DNA of 64,000 nucleotides from Flavobacteriales bacterium (GTDB taxonomy: Bacteria; Bacteroidota; Bacteroidia; Flavobacteriales; UBA7312), in assembly GCA_016779935.1 (NCBI GenBank), contig JADHMQ010000001.1:128369-192368 (forward strand). The letters are read 5' to 3'. Under the pieces are notes generated by a model. The model was not told the origin of the DNA, made no database searches, and worked only from the letters and a program-made list of their open reading frames with translations. Both the position numbers and the translations under genes were made by a program. Shown piece by piece: positions 37,133-47,225 of the stretch (position 1 is the first letter of the stretch; each line of letters starts with the position of its first letter).

Positions 37133-37899
37133 GCAGGTTTTTTGCAGAGGTAAATGATCTCATCTTTTGGTAAAGCATAGCGCTCTACGAGCTTAGCATC
37201 CAATTCTTTTACAAAAGCATCTTCTACAACGTCGAAACCGGCTTCAGTAAGTATGCTGCCATAATCTAGTCCGTACAACCTAAGGTGGTCGTCTTGCCAA
37301 TAGTGTTTTTCCCTTTCTCTTGGGTCAGTAATGCTTGGGTCATCAAAGGTGTCTTTTCTAGTGTAGTCAATAGGTACTTGAAAGATACCCCAGCCGCCTT
37401 TATTCATTACTCTAAAGAATTCCGACATTACCTTTCTATCGTCTTTCACATGTTCTAGCACGTGGTTGCACATTATAACGTCAAAACAATTGTCATCAAA
37501 AGGAATATCGTGTACGTCCATTTTTACATCTGCCCAAGGTGAATTCAAATCGGCAGTGGTGTAGTCTAGGTTTTTCTGCTTTTTGAATAAGCTGATGAAA
37601 CAGTATTCAGGAGCAATATGTAAGAACTTTATATCGTCAGTAAAGAAATTGGTTTTCTCTTTGAGGTACAACCAAATGAGTCGGTGTCTTTCTAAGGACA
37701 TACTATCAGGAGCAAGAGCGTTTTCTCTAGGGTTTAACCTTCCGTAGGGCAATAATTTGCGGTAGCTTTTACCATTGATAGGGTCTTCGAAGGTATTGCC
37801 TCTCATGAATAGAGAAAAGATTTGAAGAAAGAAGTGACTAACATGGTGTAGGTAGTGTCTTGGGATAAGTCGAGTAACTATGCTAATAATATATTTCAT
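37129..37899 (-). CDS. Class I SAM-dependent methyltransferase (Methyltransf_11-like)
   Basis: 'FDVIMCNHVLEHV', with the conserved acidic loop upstream. Confidence 0.7.
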   Translation of the reverse strand: MKYIISIVTRLIPRHYLHHVSHFFLQIFSLFMRGNTFEDPINGKSYRKLLPYGRLNPRENALAPDSMSLERHRLIWLYLKEKTNFFTDDIKFLHIAPEYCFISLFKKQKNLDYTTADLNSPWADVKMDVHDIPFDDNCFDVIMCNHVLEHVKDDRKVMSEFFRVMNKGGWGIFQVPIDYTRKDTFDDPSITDPREREKHYWQDDHLRLYGLDYGSILTEAGFDVVEDAFVKELDAKLVERYALPKDEIIYLCKKPA

Positions 37900-37914
37900 G
37901 GGGAAATGGGTGTT

Positions 37915-39657
37915 TTAAGCATTGAATTGCATCTCACTGAGTTGGCTGTATAAACCGCCGCTTTTATCCAGTTCTTGATGCGTTCCTTTTTCAATTATTT
38001 GACCGTTTTCGACTACTAATATACAATCTGAATTTTTAATGGTCGATAATCGGTGAGCTATCACTAGTGATGTTCTACCTTTCATCAGCACATCCATAGC
38101 CTCTTGTACTAACTTTTCGGATTCGGAATCTAAGGAACTAGTAGCTTCGTCTAGGATTAATATTCTAGGATTTTTAAGCAATGCTCTGGCAATGGCAATG
38201 CGTTGTCGTTGTCCGCCAGAAAGTTGAATGCCTCGCTCTCCAACAAGGGTTTCCATCTTTTCAGGAAATTCATTTATGAAATCGAGAGCATTGGCTTTAC
38301 GTGCTGCTTCTTCAATCTCTTGTTCACTAGCACCTAGTTTACCATAGGCTATATTTTCTCTAATCGTTCCACCAAATAAGAGAATATCTTGAGGTACAAT
38401 AGCGATTTGTTTTCTTAGGAAATGAAGATCGTAATCTTCAATACTCTTTTGGTCGATTAGTATTTTACCTTCACTGATTTTGTAAAATCCAAAAAGGATA
38501 GAGGCTAGGGTAGTTTTTCCAGCACCACTAGGCCCTACTAAAGCAATGTTCTGACCTTCTTTAATTTCTAAGTTCAAGTTTTTCAGCACCTTAATATCAG
38601 GTCGGCTTGGGTAGGCAAAACTTAAGTCTTGGAAAAGGATGTGTCCTTTTACACTGTCTTGACTAAAGGCATCTTCGATTCGTTCTGTAGGTTCATCCAA
38701 AATATCCAGTAAGTGTTCAGTAGCTCCAACGGCTTTTTGAATTTTAGCATAGATATCTGCCATACCACCCACTGAAGCACCTATAAATACGGAATATAAT
38801 ATGAAAGTGAATAACTGACCTATACTTAGTTCACCCGCATTAATCATGAGTACTCCATACCATATTACGGCTACAATAGAACCAAACAAACAGAAGATGA
38901 TGAAGGAAGCAAAAGCACCTCTGTATTTACCGCCTTTTTTGGCAATTTTCATTACCTCATTAGTTTTTTGAGTGTATCTGCCTATTTCAAAAAATTCATT
39001 GGTAAAGGCTTTTACGTTTTGAATACCTTGAAGGGTTTCTTCAATAATGGTGTTGGACTCTGCAATAGATTCTTGTACTTGCTTTGAGAATCGTTTGATG
39101 TATCTTCCGAAAAATACAGCAGCAAGCATCATAGCGGGTATGATGGCAAGCATAAATAAGGTCAATTTTACAGAGGTAAGCGATAAAAATACTATCCCGC
39201 CAATGATAATTATAACTTGTCTAAAAAATTCGGCTAAATCTGTTGTGAAGGTTTCCTGAAGCATGCTTATGTCTGAAGCAATCCTACTATTGAGTTCTCC
39301 AACCCGTCTTTTGGAAAAAAAATTCATAGGTAGTTTGATGAGGTGAGCATAGGTTTCTTGACGTAAAACAGCCAAGAATTTTTCAGTAACATTTACAAAC
39401 AACACAATTCTGAAGTAAGAGAAAACAGCTTGTAAGGCAAACAATGCCAATAGCCAGAGCGCAATTTCGTTTATGTTGCTAATCATCTTTTCACTAGCTG
39501 AATCCACTAAGTCACCCATAAGTGCTGGGAAAATTAGAGAGGCAGCAGTAGATAGTAAAAGAAAGAGTATCCCTAGAGAAAATTCTAATCTGTAGGGTTT
39601 TAGATACACAAATAAACGTGAGGCTCTTTTAAGTGATGTTTTACTTTTTTTACTCAT
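37915..39657 (-). CDS. ABC transporter, fused permease/ATP-binding (MsbA/MdlB-like exporter)
   Basis: Six N-terminal TM helices, Walker A 'GPSGAGKTT', signature 'LSGGQRQR' and Walker B 'ILILDEATS'. I chose the start at MSKKSK. Confidence 0.9.
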   Translation of the reverse strand: MSKKSKTSLKRASRLFVYLKPYRLEFSLGILFLLLSTAASLIFPALMGDLVDSASEKMISNINEIALWLLALFALQAVFSYFRIVLFVNVTEKFLAVLRQETYAHLIKLPMNFFSKRRVGELNSRIASDISMLQETFTTDLAEFFRQVIIIIGGIVFLSLTSVKLTLFMLAIIPAMMLAAVFFGRYIKRFSKQVQESIAESNTIIEETLQGIQNVKAFTNEFFEIGRYTQKTNEVMKIAKKGGKYRGAFASFIIFCLFGSIVAVIWYGVLMINAGELSIGQLFTFILYSVFIGASVGGMADIYAKIQKAVGATEHLLDILDEPTERIEDAFSQDSVKGHILFQDLSFAYPSRPDIKVLKNLNLEIKEGQNIALVGPSGAGKTTLASILFGFYKISEGKILIDQKSIEDYDLHFLRKQIAIVPQDILLFGGTIRENIAYGKLGASEQEIEEAARKANALDFINEFPEKMETLVGERGIQLSGGQRQRIAIARALLKNPRILILDEATSSLDSESEKLVQEAMDVLMKGRTSLVIAHRLSTIKNSDCILVVENGQIIEKGTHQELDKSGGLYSQLSEMQFNA

Positions 39658-39789
39658 AATTTGAATTGGCAAATATAGTGCTTACCGATGAGAAAATGAT
39701 AGGATGAAGAATTAGATTAAATTGGAATTCATTATTTTTGTACTAGTACCAAACAATTCAGTTAATTTTTAACTAACCTTATCACAATT

Positions 39790-41991
39790 ATGAAAACGTT
39801 TTCACTCATTTTTATTTTACTTCCTTTATTTGCATTAAGCCAGATGGTATCCACTGTAAATTCAGAAGTTCCTTTATTGACTTTTGATAAACCATCCGAT
39901 ATTGAACAGCTTATTCTAGAAGACGATACCAAAGATGGCACTTATTTCAGATTTGCCAAAATGGTATATTGCGATTTATCACCAAAAAATAGTGGTGTTT
40001 GGACAGAGGTAGAAGGGGGCAAAGTATGGTCTCTTGCCATCTCTGCGACTGATGCTAAAGCCATCTCTTTATATTACGATAAATTTTGGATTCCTTCACA
40101 AGGTAGATTGTATATTTATAAGCCAGACAAAAGTCAAAAAATAGGTCCTTTTACATCTCAACACAATCATGAATCTGGCGTATTTGCTACAGAACTTATT
40201 TATGGTGACATATTAATTCTTGAATATTTTCAGCCACATTCTGAAACGGCCGACTTAGAGCTTCATATCAACCGTTTTGCCTATGCTTACAAAGATATTT
40301 CTGGTGGACAGTTAGGAGGCTATAATTCATCTGACGATTGTCAAGTTAACGCCAATTGTGATGAAGGTAATGCTTGGGAAAACCAAAAGAAATCGGTATG
40401 TAGAATACAAATTGCAGATGGCTTCTTTTCTGGCTTGTGTTCTGGTGCATTGGTAAATAATACCCTTAACGATTGTACGCCTTACGTTCTTTCAGCAGAC
40501 CATTGTTTTGATGGAGGAGATATCAGTGCTAATAATTTAAATCAGTCTATTTTTTATTTTAACTACCGTTCTTCTGGCTGTAATAATTCTGTACCTAATA
40601 ACACTTATTCTATAACCGGTTGTCAAAAGCTTTCGAATAGTGGGGGCGAAGGGGATAATGGCGATTCTGATTTCTTCTTAGTAGAGCTTAATAGTGAGCC
40701 CGATTTTGACCCTTATTTTGCCGGTTGGAACAGAACTAATTCTGCTGCATCTAGTGGGGTGAGTATTCATCACCCAAGTGGAGATATCATGAAGATTTCG
40801 ACTTTTACAAATTCTCTATACACTACTGGTGGCTTAGGTTTTGGAAACGATAACTCAACACATTGGGGAGTGGTTTGGAATGGAACTGCGAATGGTCATG
40901 GCGTTACTGAAGGCGGTTCTTCAGGCTCTTCAATTTTCAATCAAAATGGATTGGTTGTTGGAGTCCTAACAGGTGGAGCCTCTTATTGTGATGCTACTAA
41001 CCAAAGCGATGTTTATGGTAAAATATGGCATGCTTGGGATCAGATGGGTAATACCAGCGACAAACAACTGAAACCATGGCTAGATCCAGTCAATTCTAAT
41101 GTAACTACTTTAAATGGAATCTATTGTAATCAATCGGCTCAAGTTATTTCGGCATTTACAAGTTCTGAAACTGTTGTATGTAAAAGCACTCCAGTAACAT
41201 TTACTTCAATTTCAACAGGAAATATCAACTCTTATGAATGGACATTTAATGGTGGTGAACCTTCATCAGCTAGTGGTCCTGGTCCTCATACGGTCAGCTA
41301 TAATTTCACTGGAGATTATGATGTGAGCTTAGTAGTGAATGGCGATGAAAATTCCGATACTTATACCCAAACGGATTATATTAGTGTTGCACCTAATGTA
41401 GTGGAGCTTGACTTTTTACCTGATTGCTATGGAGAAGAAATATCATGGTTCTTAGAAAATGAGAATGGTCAACAATTGTATGCTGTCTCTAGTGGGTATT
41501 ACCCAGGTGGTAGTTCATCAACTGATTTGGAAGCTAACCCAGTAGCTGTTGTTGAAAATTGGTGCTTGCCCAACGGTTGTTATGAATTTACTGTTGAAGA
41601 TGAGTATGGCGATGGCTTATACGGTTCTCAACATTCCTGTAAGTTTGATGGAGATTTTACCATTTACGATGGAACTGGTGCTGTTTTGGCAGAATTAAAC
41701 TCTCCAAATTCGGACTTTGGCGATGATATTACTCTTGATTTTTGTGTGGATAGTCCTTTGGGAGTAAATGAGCAGACTATGGAGTTTGATGTTTTTCCAA
41801 ACCCTTCTACTGGAAAATTTTCTCTAGTTGGCAAACAAAGAGGAGAAGTAAAAATATATAATACCCTTTCTCAAGAGGTATTTTCCACTTTAAAGAATTC
41901 TGAACAATTGTATATCGATTTAAGTCAGTTGGAAAAAGGCTTGTATTTCATTCACTTTGATAGGTCAGTGAGAAAACTAATTCTCCACTAG
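39790..41991 (+). CDS. Secreted S1-family (trypsin-like) serine endopeptidase with a PKD domain and a T9SS C-terminal sorting domain
   Basis: Triad contexts 'LSADHCF', 'DSDFFLVEL' and 'TEGGSSGSSIF'; PKD-like 'YEWTFNGGEP...GPH.V.Y...G.Y.V.L.V'; C-terminal 'FDVFPNPSTGKFSL...VKIYN.LSQEV...GLYFIHF'. Confidence 0.85.
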   Translation: MKTFSLIFILLPLFALSQMVSTVNSEVPLLTFDKPSDIEQLILEDDTKDGTYFRFAKMVYCDLSPKNSGVWTEVEGGKVWSLAISATDAKAISLYYDKFWIPSQGRLYIYKPDKSQKIGPFTSQHNHESGVFATELIYGDILILEYFQPHSETADLELHINRFAYAYKDISGGQLGGYNSSDDCQVNANCDEGNAWENQKKSVCRIQIADGFFSGLCSGALVNNTLNDCTPYVLSADHCFDGGDISANNLNQSIFYFNYRSSGCNNSVPNNTYSITGCQKLSNSGGEGDNGDSDFFLVELNSEPDFDPYFAGWNRTNSAASSGVSIHHPSGDIMKISTFTNSLYTTGGLGFGNDNSTHWGVVWNGTANGHGVTEGGSSGSSIFNQNGLVVGVLTGGASYCDATNQSDVYGKIWHAWDQMGNTSDKQLKPWLDPVNSNVTTLNGIYCNQSAQVISAFTSSETVVCKSTPVTFTSISTGNINSYEWTFNGGEPSSASGPGPHTVSYNFTGDYDVSLVVNGDENSDTYTQTDYISVAPNVVELDFLPDCYGEEISWFLENENGQQLYAVSSGYYPGGSSSTDLEANPVAVVENWCLPNGCYEFTVEDEYGDGLYGSQHSCKFDGDFTIYDGTGAVLAELNSPNSDFGDDITLDFCVDSPLGVNEQTMEFDVFPNPSTGKFSLVGKQRGEVKIYNTLSQEVFSTLKNSEQLYIDLSQLEKGLYFIHFDRSVRKLILH

Positions 41992-42240
41992 ATGAAAGAT
42001 TTCTCTCTAAAAGATATTGACAGAATTATAGAAATGGCATGGGAAGATAGAACGCCTTTTGATGCTATAGAACTTCAATTTAACTTAAAAGAGAATGAGG
42101 TGCGTCAACTTATGCGAAAGCATATGAAACGGTCATCTTTTGTGATGTGGCGAAAGCGTGTTAAGAAAAGACGTACAAAGCATTCTGCTCTTAGAGGGTT
42201 TTTAAAAGGGCGTTTTAAATCCTATAATCAGAAAAATTAG
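41992..42240 (+). CDS. TIGR03643 (DUF2805) family protein
   Basis: 'IIEMAWEDRTPFDAIE.QF.L.E.EV..LMR' matches my memory of this small family. Confidence 0.7.
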   Translation: MKDFSLKDIDRIIEMAWEDRTPFDAIELQFNLKENEVRQLMRKHMKRSSFVMWRKRVKKRRTKHSALRGFLKGRFKSYNQKN

Positions 42241-42755
42241 CGATTAAGCTCTTTTTCAATAACAGCTATCATTTCTTTAAATTCTTTTTCGTCAAAGAGT
42301 CTGGTGAGGAAGATAATTTTACCATTTCTATCGAGAACAATATTTCGTGTTACGCCGGCTTTTGGTAAGGTAAACTTTTCAAAGACAGAACCGTCTGTGT
42401 CAATAGCAATAGGGTAAGTTACGGCTGTTTCTTCAATAAACTTCTGCACTTTTTCAGGAGTTTCTTTTAAGTCTACCCCTATTAAAAGGAAGTCAGAATC
42501 TTTAAATTTTTGCCAAACGTCTTTTTCGAGGTGAGGCATTTCTTTTCGGCATACGCCTCACCAAGAGGCAGTAAACTGAATGACACTTACTTTTCCTAAA
42601 AGTGAATCGTTATTAATTGTTGTACCATCCATGAGTTTCATGGAAAATTCGGGTGTTTGTTCACCCACATTAACTTTGTAGCCTCTATTATCTTCATTAG
42701 TTCCACAAGCAACGGTAAAAGCAAAAATAGACAGTATCAAAAGGATTTTTTTCAT
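42237..42755 (-). CDS. TlpA/ResA-like thioredoxin-fold lipoprotein with an in-frame TGA at the first CxxC cysteine (selenocysteine candidate, otherwise a nonsense pseudogene)
   Basis: Lipobox 'FTVACG'. Readthrough of the TGA at 42558-42560 gives 'VIQFTASW-U-GVCRKEMPHLEKD', and the downstream 100 codons stay in the same frame with no other lesion. Confidence 0.55.
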
Positions 42756-42757
42756 GA

Positions 42758-43963
42758 TTAGGATAGTTCAGTTAATAGAGTATTGATTTTCTGACAAGCA
42801 TCAATGATTTCTTCTTCAGTGATAATGAGTGGAGGAGAAAGGCGAACAGCTGTATTAGTGAATAAAAAGAAAAATGTAATTATTCCTAAATCGTAGCATT
42901 TCTCAACGACTTTTTGGCATAATTCGGCATCGCCCAATTCTATACCTAACATAAGTCCCTTTCCTCTGATTTCTTTAATTTTTGGATGATTTAAGTGGGT
43001 CCTGAATAGTTGTTCTTTTTTGGAAACGGACTCAATAATGCTTTTGTTTTCGGTGAGTTCTGTAAGCGTTGCTAGAGAGGCTGCACAGCAAACAGGGTGA
43101 CCACCAAAGGTAGTGATGTGTCCTAATTTTGGATTTTCTTTTAGCTTATCCATATGTGGCTTTGAGCTGATAAAGCAACCTATTGGCATACCACCACCCA
43201 TTCCCTTGGCGATGCATATTATATCCGGTACGATTGAAAATGTATCAATGGCAAAGAGCTTTCCTGTACGTCCAAATCCAGTTTGTATTTCGTCAAAAAT
43301 CAATAAGACTCCACTTTCAGTACACTGTTTTCTTAACTGATTTAGCCACTCTTGTGATGGTACAGAAAATCCTGTAGCCCCTTGTATTGGCTCTACAACT
43401 ACTGCGGCAACAGTTTCATCAATGGCTGTTAGTTGGTCGATACTGTTGTAGTCTATTAAATGGCAATCGTCAAGTAAAGGACGGTATTTTGTTTTATAAG
43501 TTTCATTACCCATAATACTTAGTGCACCATGAGTACTACCGTGGTAGCTTTTGTTGAATGAAATAATTTTCTTTCTACCACTTACTCTTTTAGCCAATTT
43601 CAAAGCCCCTTCAATGGCTTCTGTTCCTGAGTTGACAAGGTAAGTACAGTTTAAAGAGTCAGGGAGATTGTCAACCAAAAGTTTTGACAGACGGTATTGA
43701 GGGGATTGAACGTATTCTCCATAAACCATCACATGAGCATATTTTTCAATTTGCTGTTGAACGCTCTCAATAATTTTAGGGTGTGAATGACCTAATGTGC
43801 AAGCAGATACACCTGCTACAAGATCGAGGTAGGGCTTTCCATTGGTATCATAAATATACATGCCCTTAGCGTGAGAAATTTCCATTCCATTTGCGAAAGG
43901 AGTAGTTTGAGCTTGGTTATTAAAAAATATACGTTGCCCTTCGGTATGTTTATTTTCTTCCAA
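42758..43963 (-). CDS. Class III (acetylornithine/ornithine-type) pyridoxal-phosphate aminotransferase
   Basis: 'SGTEA.E.ALKLA', 'DEIQTGFGRTG' and the 'IAKGMGGG' PLP-lysine context. Confidence 0.85.
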   Translation of the reverse strand: MEENKHTEGQRIFFNNQAQTTPFANGMEISHAKGMYIYDTNGKPYLDLVAGVSACTLGHSHPKIIESVQQQIEKYAHVMVYGEYVQSPQYRLSKLLVDNLPDSLNCTYLVNSGTEAIEGALKLAKRVSGRKKIISFNKSYHGSTHGALSIMGNETYKTKYRPLLDDCHLIDYNSIDQLTAIDETVAAVVVEPIQGATGFSVPSQEWLNQLRKQCTESGVLLIFDEIQTGFGRTGKLFAIDTFSIVPDIICIAKGMGGGMPIGCFISSKPHMDKLKENPKLGHITTFGGHPVCCAASLATLTELTENKSIIESVSKKEQLFRTHLNHPKIKEIRGKGLMLGIELGDAELCQKVVEKCYDLGIITFFFLFTNTAVRLSPPLIITEEEIIDACQKINTLLTELS

Positions 43964-44885
43964 TTACTTTTTCTGCAGCAGCTACAATACTTTTTGAGTC
44001 TAATCCGTACTTTACCATTAAATCTTTTGGTTTACCACTTTCGCCAAAGGTGTCGTTTACACCTATCATTTCTAGTGGTGAGGGTAAATTTCTTGAAAGG
44101 CATTGTGCAATGCTTTCTCCTAATCCACCATTAAGCATATGCTCTTCAGCAGTAACAGCACATTTGGTCTTTTTTACAGATTCTAAAATAGCTGTCTCAT
44201 CCAATGGTTTAATGGTATGAATGTTTATGATTTCGGCACTTATGCCTTTTTCATTCAATTCTTTTTGTGCTTCTAATGCTTCCCATACGAGGTGTCCGGT
44301 GGCAAAAATACTCACGTCAGAACCTTCTACAAGATGTAATGCTTTACCAATTTCAAACTCTTGATTGTCTGGCGTAAAGTTTGGTACTTTCGGACGTCCA
44401 AATCTTAGGTATACCGGACCATGATGTTCAGCAATAGCAATGGTTGCTGCTTTAGTCTGGTTGTAGTCACACGGATTAATGACAGTCATTCCAGGAAGCA
44501 TTTTCATCATTCCAATATCTTCCAATACCTGATGGGTTGCACCATCTTCACCTAGCGTTAGACCAGCGTGAGAGGCACAGATTTTCACATTTTTTTCAGA
44601 GTAGGCTATAGATTGTCTTATTTGGTCATATACTCTTGAAGTAGAGAAGTTTGCAAATGTTCCAGTAAACGGAATATGACCTCCGATAGTTAATCCAGCA
44701 GCAATGCCCATCATATTGGCTTCGGCAATACCAACTTGGAAAAAACGATCTGGATGATTTTTAGCAAAATCATTCATCTTTAATGAACCGGTTAAATCCG
44801 CACACAAAGCCACGACTTTATCGTTGGTTTTTCCTAGTTCGCTTAGTCCTGCTCCAAAACCTGAGCGTGTATCTTTCATTTCCAT
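43950..44885 (-). CDS. Transketolase, C-terminal (pyrimidine-binding) subunit of a split enzyme
   Basis: 'FQVGIAEANMMGIAAGL', 'THQ..EDI' and 'RFGRP' motifs, 311 aa. Confidence 0.9.
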   Translation of the reverse strand: MEMKDTRSGFGAGLSELGKTNDKVVALCADLTGSLKMNDFAKNHPDRFFQVGIAEANMMGIAAGLTIGGHIPFTGTFANFSTSRVYDQIRQSIAYSEKNVKICASHAGLTLGEDGATHQVLEDIGMMKMLPGMTVINPCDYNQTKAATIAIAEHHGPVYLRFGRPKVPNFTPDNQEFEIGKALHLVEGSDVSIFATGHLVWEALEAQKELNEKGISAEIINIHTIKPLDETAILESVKKTKCAVTAEEHMLNGGLGESIAQCLSRNLPSPLEMIGVNDTFGESGKPKDLMVKYGLDSKSIVAAAEKVIGRK

Positions 44886-44888
44886 TTA

Positions 44889-46268
44889 TTATAATTTTAC
44901 TGAAACCGTTTTTATTGAACTTACTCTAAATATTTTTTCTTTGGTATAGGCACTTTGTAGGGCATTTTTAGCTCTGTACACTATCTTGTATTTCCCAGGT
45001 AAAAGGTAAACGTTTTGTCTGCCTTTTTTGGGCTTTAAATCGCATATCCACTTTAGCTCATTACCCATTTCGAAGATGCTTCCATAGCCCTGTGAGGAAA
45101 AGGATAGTACTACCAAGCCTGACTCAGGAATTTTCACTTCTGTTGTTTGGCTTTGTACGATATCTACTGTTTGGTGAATTCGTGGCAAAGTCAGTATTTC
45201 TAGGTCATAACTTCCTGTAATATATTTTTGGCTAGTGTTTAAATCCTGAATATTTAGGGTTTCCATTTCTCCTGATTTTCTAACGATGCAGCTCAAATTC
45301 GATTTATTATTTGAGGTTGAAATGGTGAGTTCTCCTTGTGGCGATTTAATGGGTATTATAGTATGCTTTCCTGGTGTTAATTTCCAATCGCCTTTAGCTT
45401 CAGTCTGCGGTATGGTATGGGCAACAACTCTATAACTAAGTACTGGGTCAATCGTTAAAGTATCAGGGTTTCCTTTACTGTTAATGGTGTGAATGAAATT
45501 GTATTGTAAAATACCTGAATAGGCATCGTAAAAACTTAAAGGTACATTCGTTTCAGTTGGTTTATCGTATTCATCCAATAAATTGACTTGAACTGTGGTG
45601 GAGTTAAGCACTTGAGAAATTACGACATCCAAAATGTTTTTAAACTGTTCAGGGTTTCTAGCATCGTAGAATGTTCCTACACACTCAAAATTCTTTTTGT
45701 ATTCCTCACTTAATCCAATTCCAATGACAAAAGGTTTAAGAATAATCTTTTTTTCTTGGTATAATCTTGAAACTGCACATGGGTCGCCGCCACATTCTTC
45801 AATACCATCGGTGATGAGTATAACAACATTCCTACTGTCATCTGTATTGGCAGGGAAGTCAAGTGCTCCAGATTCTAACGCTTTTGCGATAGGGGTGGTG
45901 CCTCTTGGTCGTAAACTCTCTAGCCTTTTTTTTATAGCAGGAATATTATTTTTCCCAAACTTAACTTCCAGTCTTGTATCTCTACAGTCTTGTGGAGGCG
46001 AGGGCTTTTGGTGACCATAACACCTTAATCCTACTTCTATATTATCTCTATTGTCGAGACTGTCAAGCATATTAGAAAGTAGTTCTTTAGCAATCTCCAT
46101 TCTGCTGTTTCCTTCCCACTGGGCATACATGCTTTGTGAGGCATCGAATATAAATAACACACTAGTAAGTGATGGAGATGCGTTTTGAGCAGTAGTAGGG
46201 ATACAAGTAAAAACAGACAGAAAAGCAATTAATAAAGATGTAGCGATATGTCTGTGAAGTAAGCCCAT
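44889..46268 (-). CDS. von Willebrand factor A (VWA) domain protein with signal peptide
   Basis: MIDAS 'FIFDASQSM', 'ILITDGIEECGG', and a long beta-rich C-terminal region. Confidence 0.8.
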   Translation of the reverse strand: MGLLHRHIATSLLIAFLSVFTCIPTTAQNASPSLTSVLFIFDASQSMYAQWEGNSRMEIAKELLSNMLDSLDNRDNIEVGLRCYGHQKPSPPQDCRDTRLEVKFGKNNIPAIKKRLESLRPRGTTPIAKALESGALDFPANTDDSRNVVILITDGIEECGGDPCAVSRLYQEKKIILKPFVIGIGLSEEYKKNFECVGTFYDARNPEQFKNILDVVISQVLNSTTVQVNLLDEYDKPTETNVPLSFYDAYSGILQYNFIHTINSKGNPDTLTIDPVLSYRVVAHTIPQTEAKGDWKLTPGKHTIIPIKSPQGELTISTSNNKSNLSCIVRKSGEMETLNIQDLNTSQKYITGSYDLEILTLPRIHQTVDIVQSQTTEVKIPESGLVVLSFSSQGYGSIFEMGNELKWICDLKPKKGRQNVYLLPGKYKIVYRAKNALQSAYTKEKIFRVSSIKTVSVKL

Positions 46269-46273
46269 TAAAT

Positions 46274-47113
46274 TTAGTAATCTCCTAAGGTTTCGGCGTT
46301 TTGTGATAAAGCAATTTCTAATTCTTCATCGTTTGGAGCAACTCCATGCCATTTGTGTGACCCCATCATGTAATCAACTCCATTGCCCATTTCTGTGTGC
46401 ATAATGATGCAGATAGGTTTGCCATTTCCGCTTAGGCGTTGTGCTTCAGTTATAACGTTAATAACTGCTTCGATGTTATTCCCTTCTTTTACTTCCAATA
46501 CCTCCCAGCCAAAAGCAGTGAACTTTTCATTTAAATTGCCAAGAGAAAGCACTTCGTCTAAAGAACCATCAATTTGTTTTTGATTGTAGTCAATAGTAGC
46601 AATTACATTATCAATTTTGTTGGCAGCAGCATACATTACAGCTTCCCAAATTTGACCTTCTTGAAGTTCTCCATCACCATGAAGGCTGAAGACGAAAGAA
46701 TCATCATTATTAAGCTTTTTGCTTTCAGCAGCACCAATGGCTACAGATAGTCCTTGACCTAATGAGCCTGAAGCTATACGTACACCAGGTAAATTATCAT
46801 GTGTTGTGGGATGGCCTTGCAGTCTTGAGTTAATTGTTCTGAAAGTGGATAGCTCACTTACCTCGAAATAACCGCTTCGAGCAAGAACACTATACAGTAC
46901 AGGTGAAATATGACCGTTGGAAAGGAAGAACACATCTTCGCCAATAGCATCCATTTTGAAGTTTTTGTCGTGATTCATAATTTTGAAGTACAGTGCTACT
47001 AAAAATTCAACACAACCCAAAGACCCACCAGGATGACCTGAACTTTGAGCATGAACCATACGAACAATGTCTCTTCTTATCTGAGAACAAATTGCATTTA
47101 AGTCGTTTTCCAT
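46274..47113 (-). CDS. Transketolase, N-terminal (TPP-binding) subunit of a split enzyme
   Basis: 'SGHPGGSLG', 'LSNGH' and 'GDGELQEGQIWEA' TPP motifs. I chose the start at MENDLN. Confidence 0.9.
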   Translation of the reverse strand: MENDLNAICSQIRRDIVRMVHAQSSGHPGGSLGCVEFLVALYFKIMNHDKNFKMDAIGEDVFFLSNGHISPVLYSVLARSGYFEVSELSTFRTINSRLQGHPTTHDNLPGVRIASGSLGQGLSVAIGAAESKKLNNDDSFVFSLHGDGELQEGQIWEAVMYAAANKIDNVIATIDYNQKQIDGSLDEVLSLGNLNEKFTAFGWEVLEVKEGNNIEAVINVITEAQRLSGNGKPICIIMHTEMGNGVDYMMGSHKWHGVAPNDEELEIALSQNAETLGDY

Positions 47114-47201
47114 CTGTAAAATATTATGTTTCAAATGTAAGTTTTTACAATAGGCAAAAAACAATTGTTAATATTTTTTCAAAAATGTTTAATTAGCTGA
47201 T

Positions 47202-47209
47202 TATATTTG
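47202..47209 (+). promoter_or_regulatory. Exact TAnnTTTG -7 box (TATATTTG) upstream of ychF
   Basis: TATATTTG lies 17 nt before the ATG at 47226. I found no convincing -33 TTG at the canonical spacing. Confidence 0.35.
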
Positions 47210-47225
47210 CCAAAAATCTAGAGAT

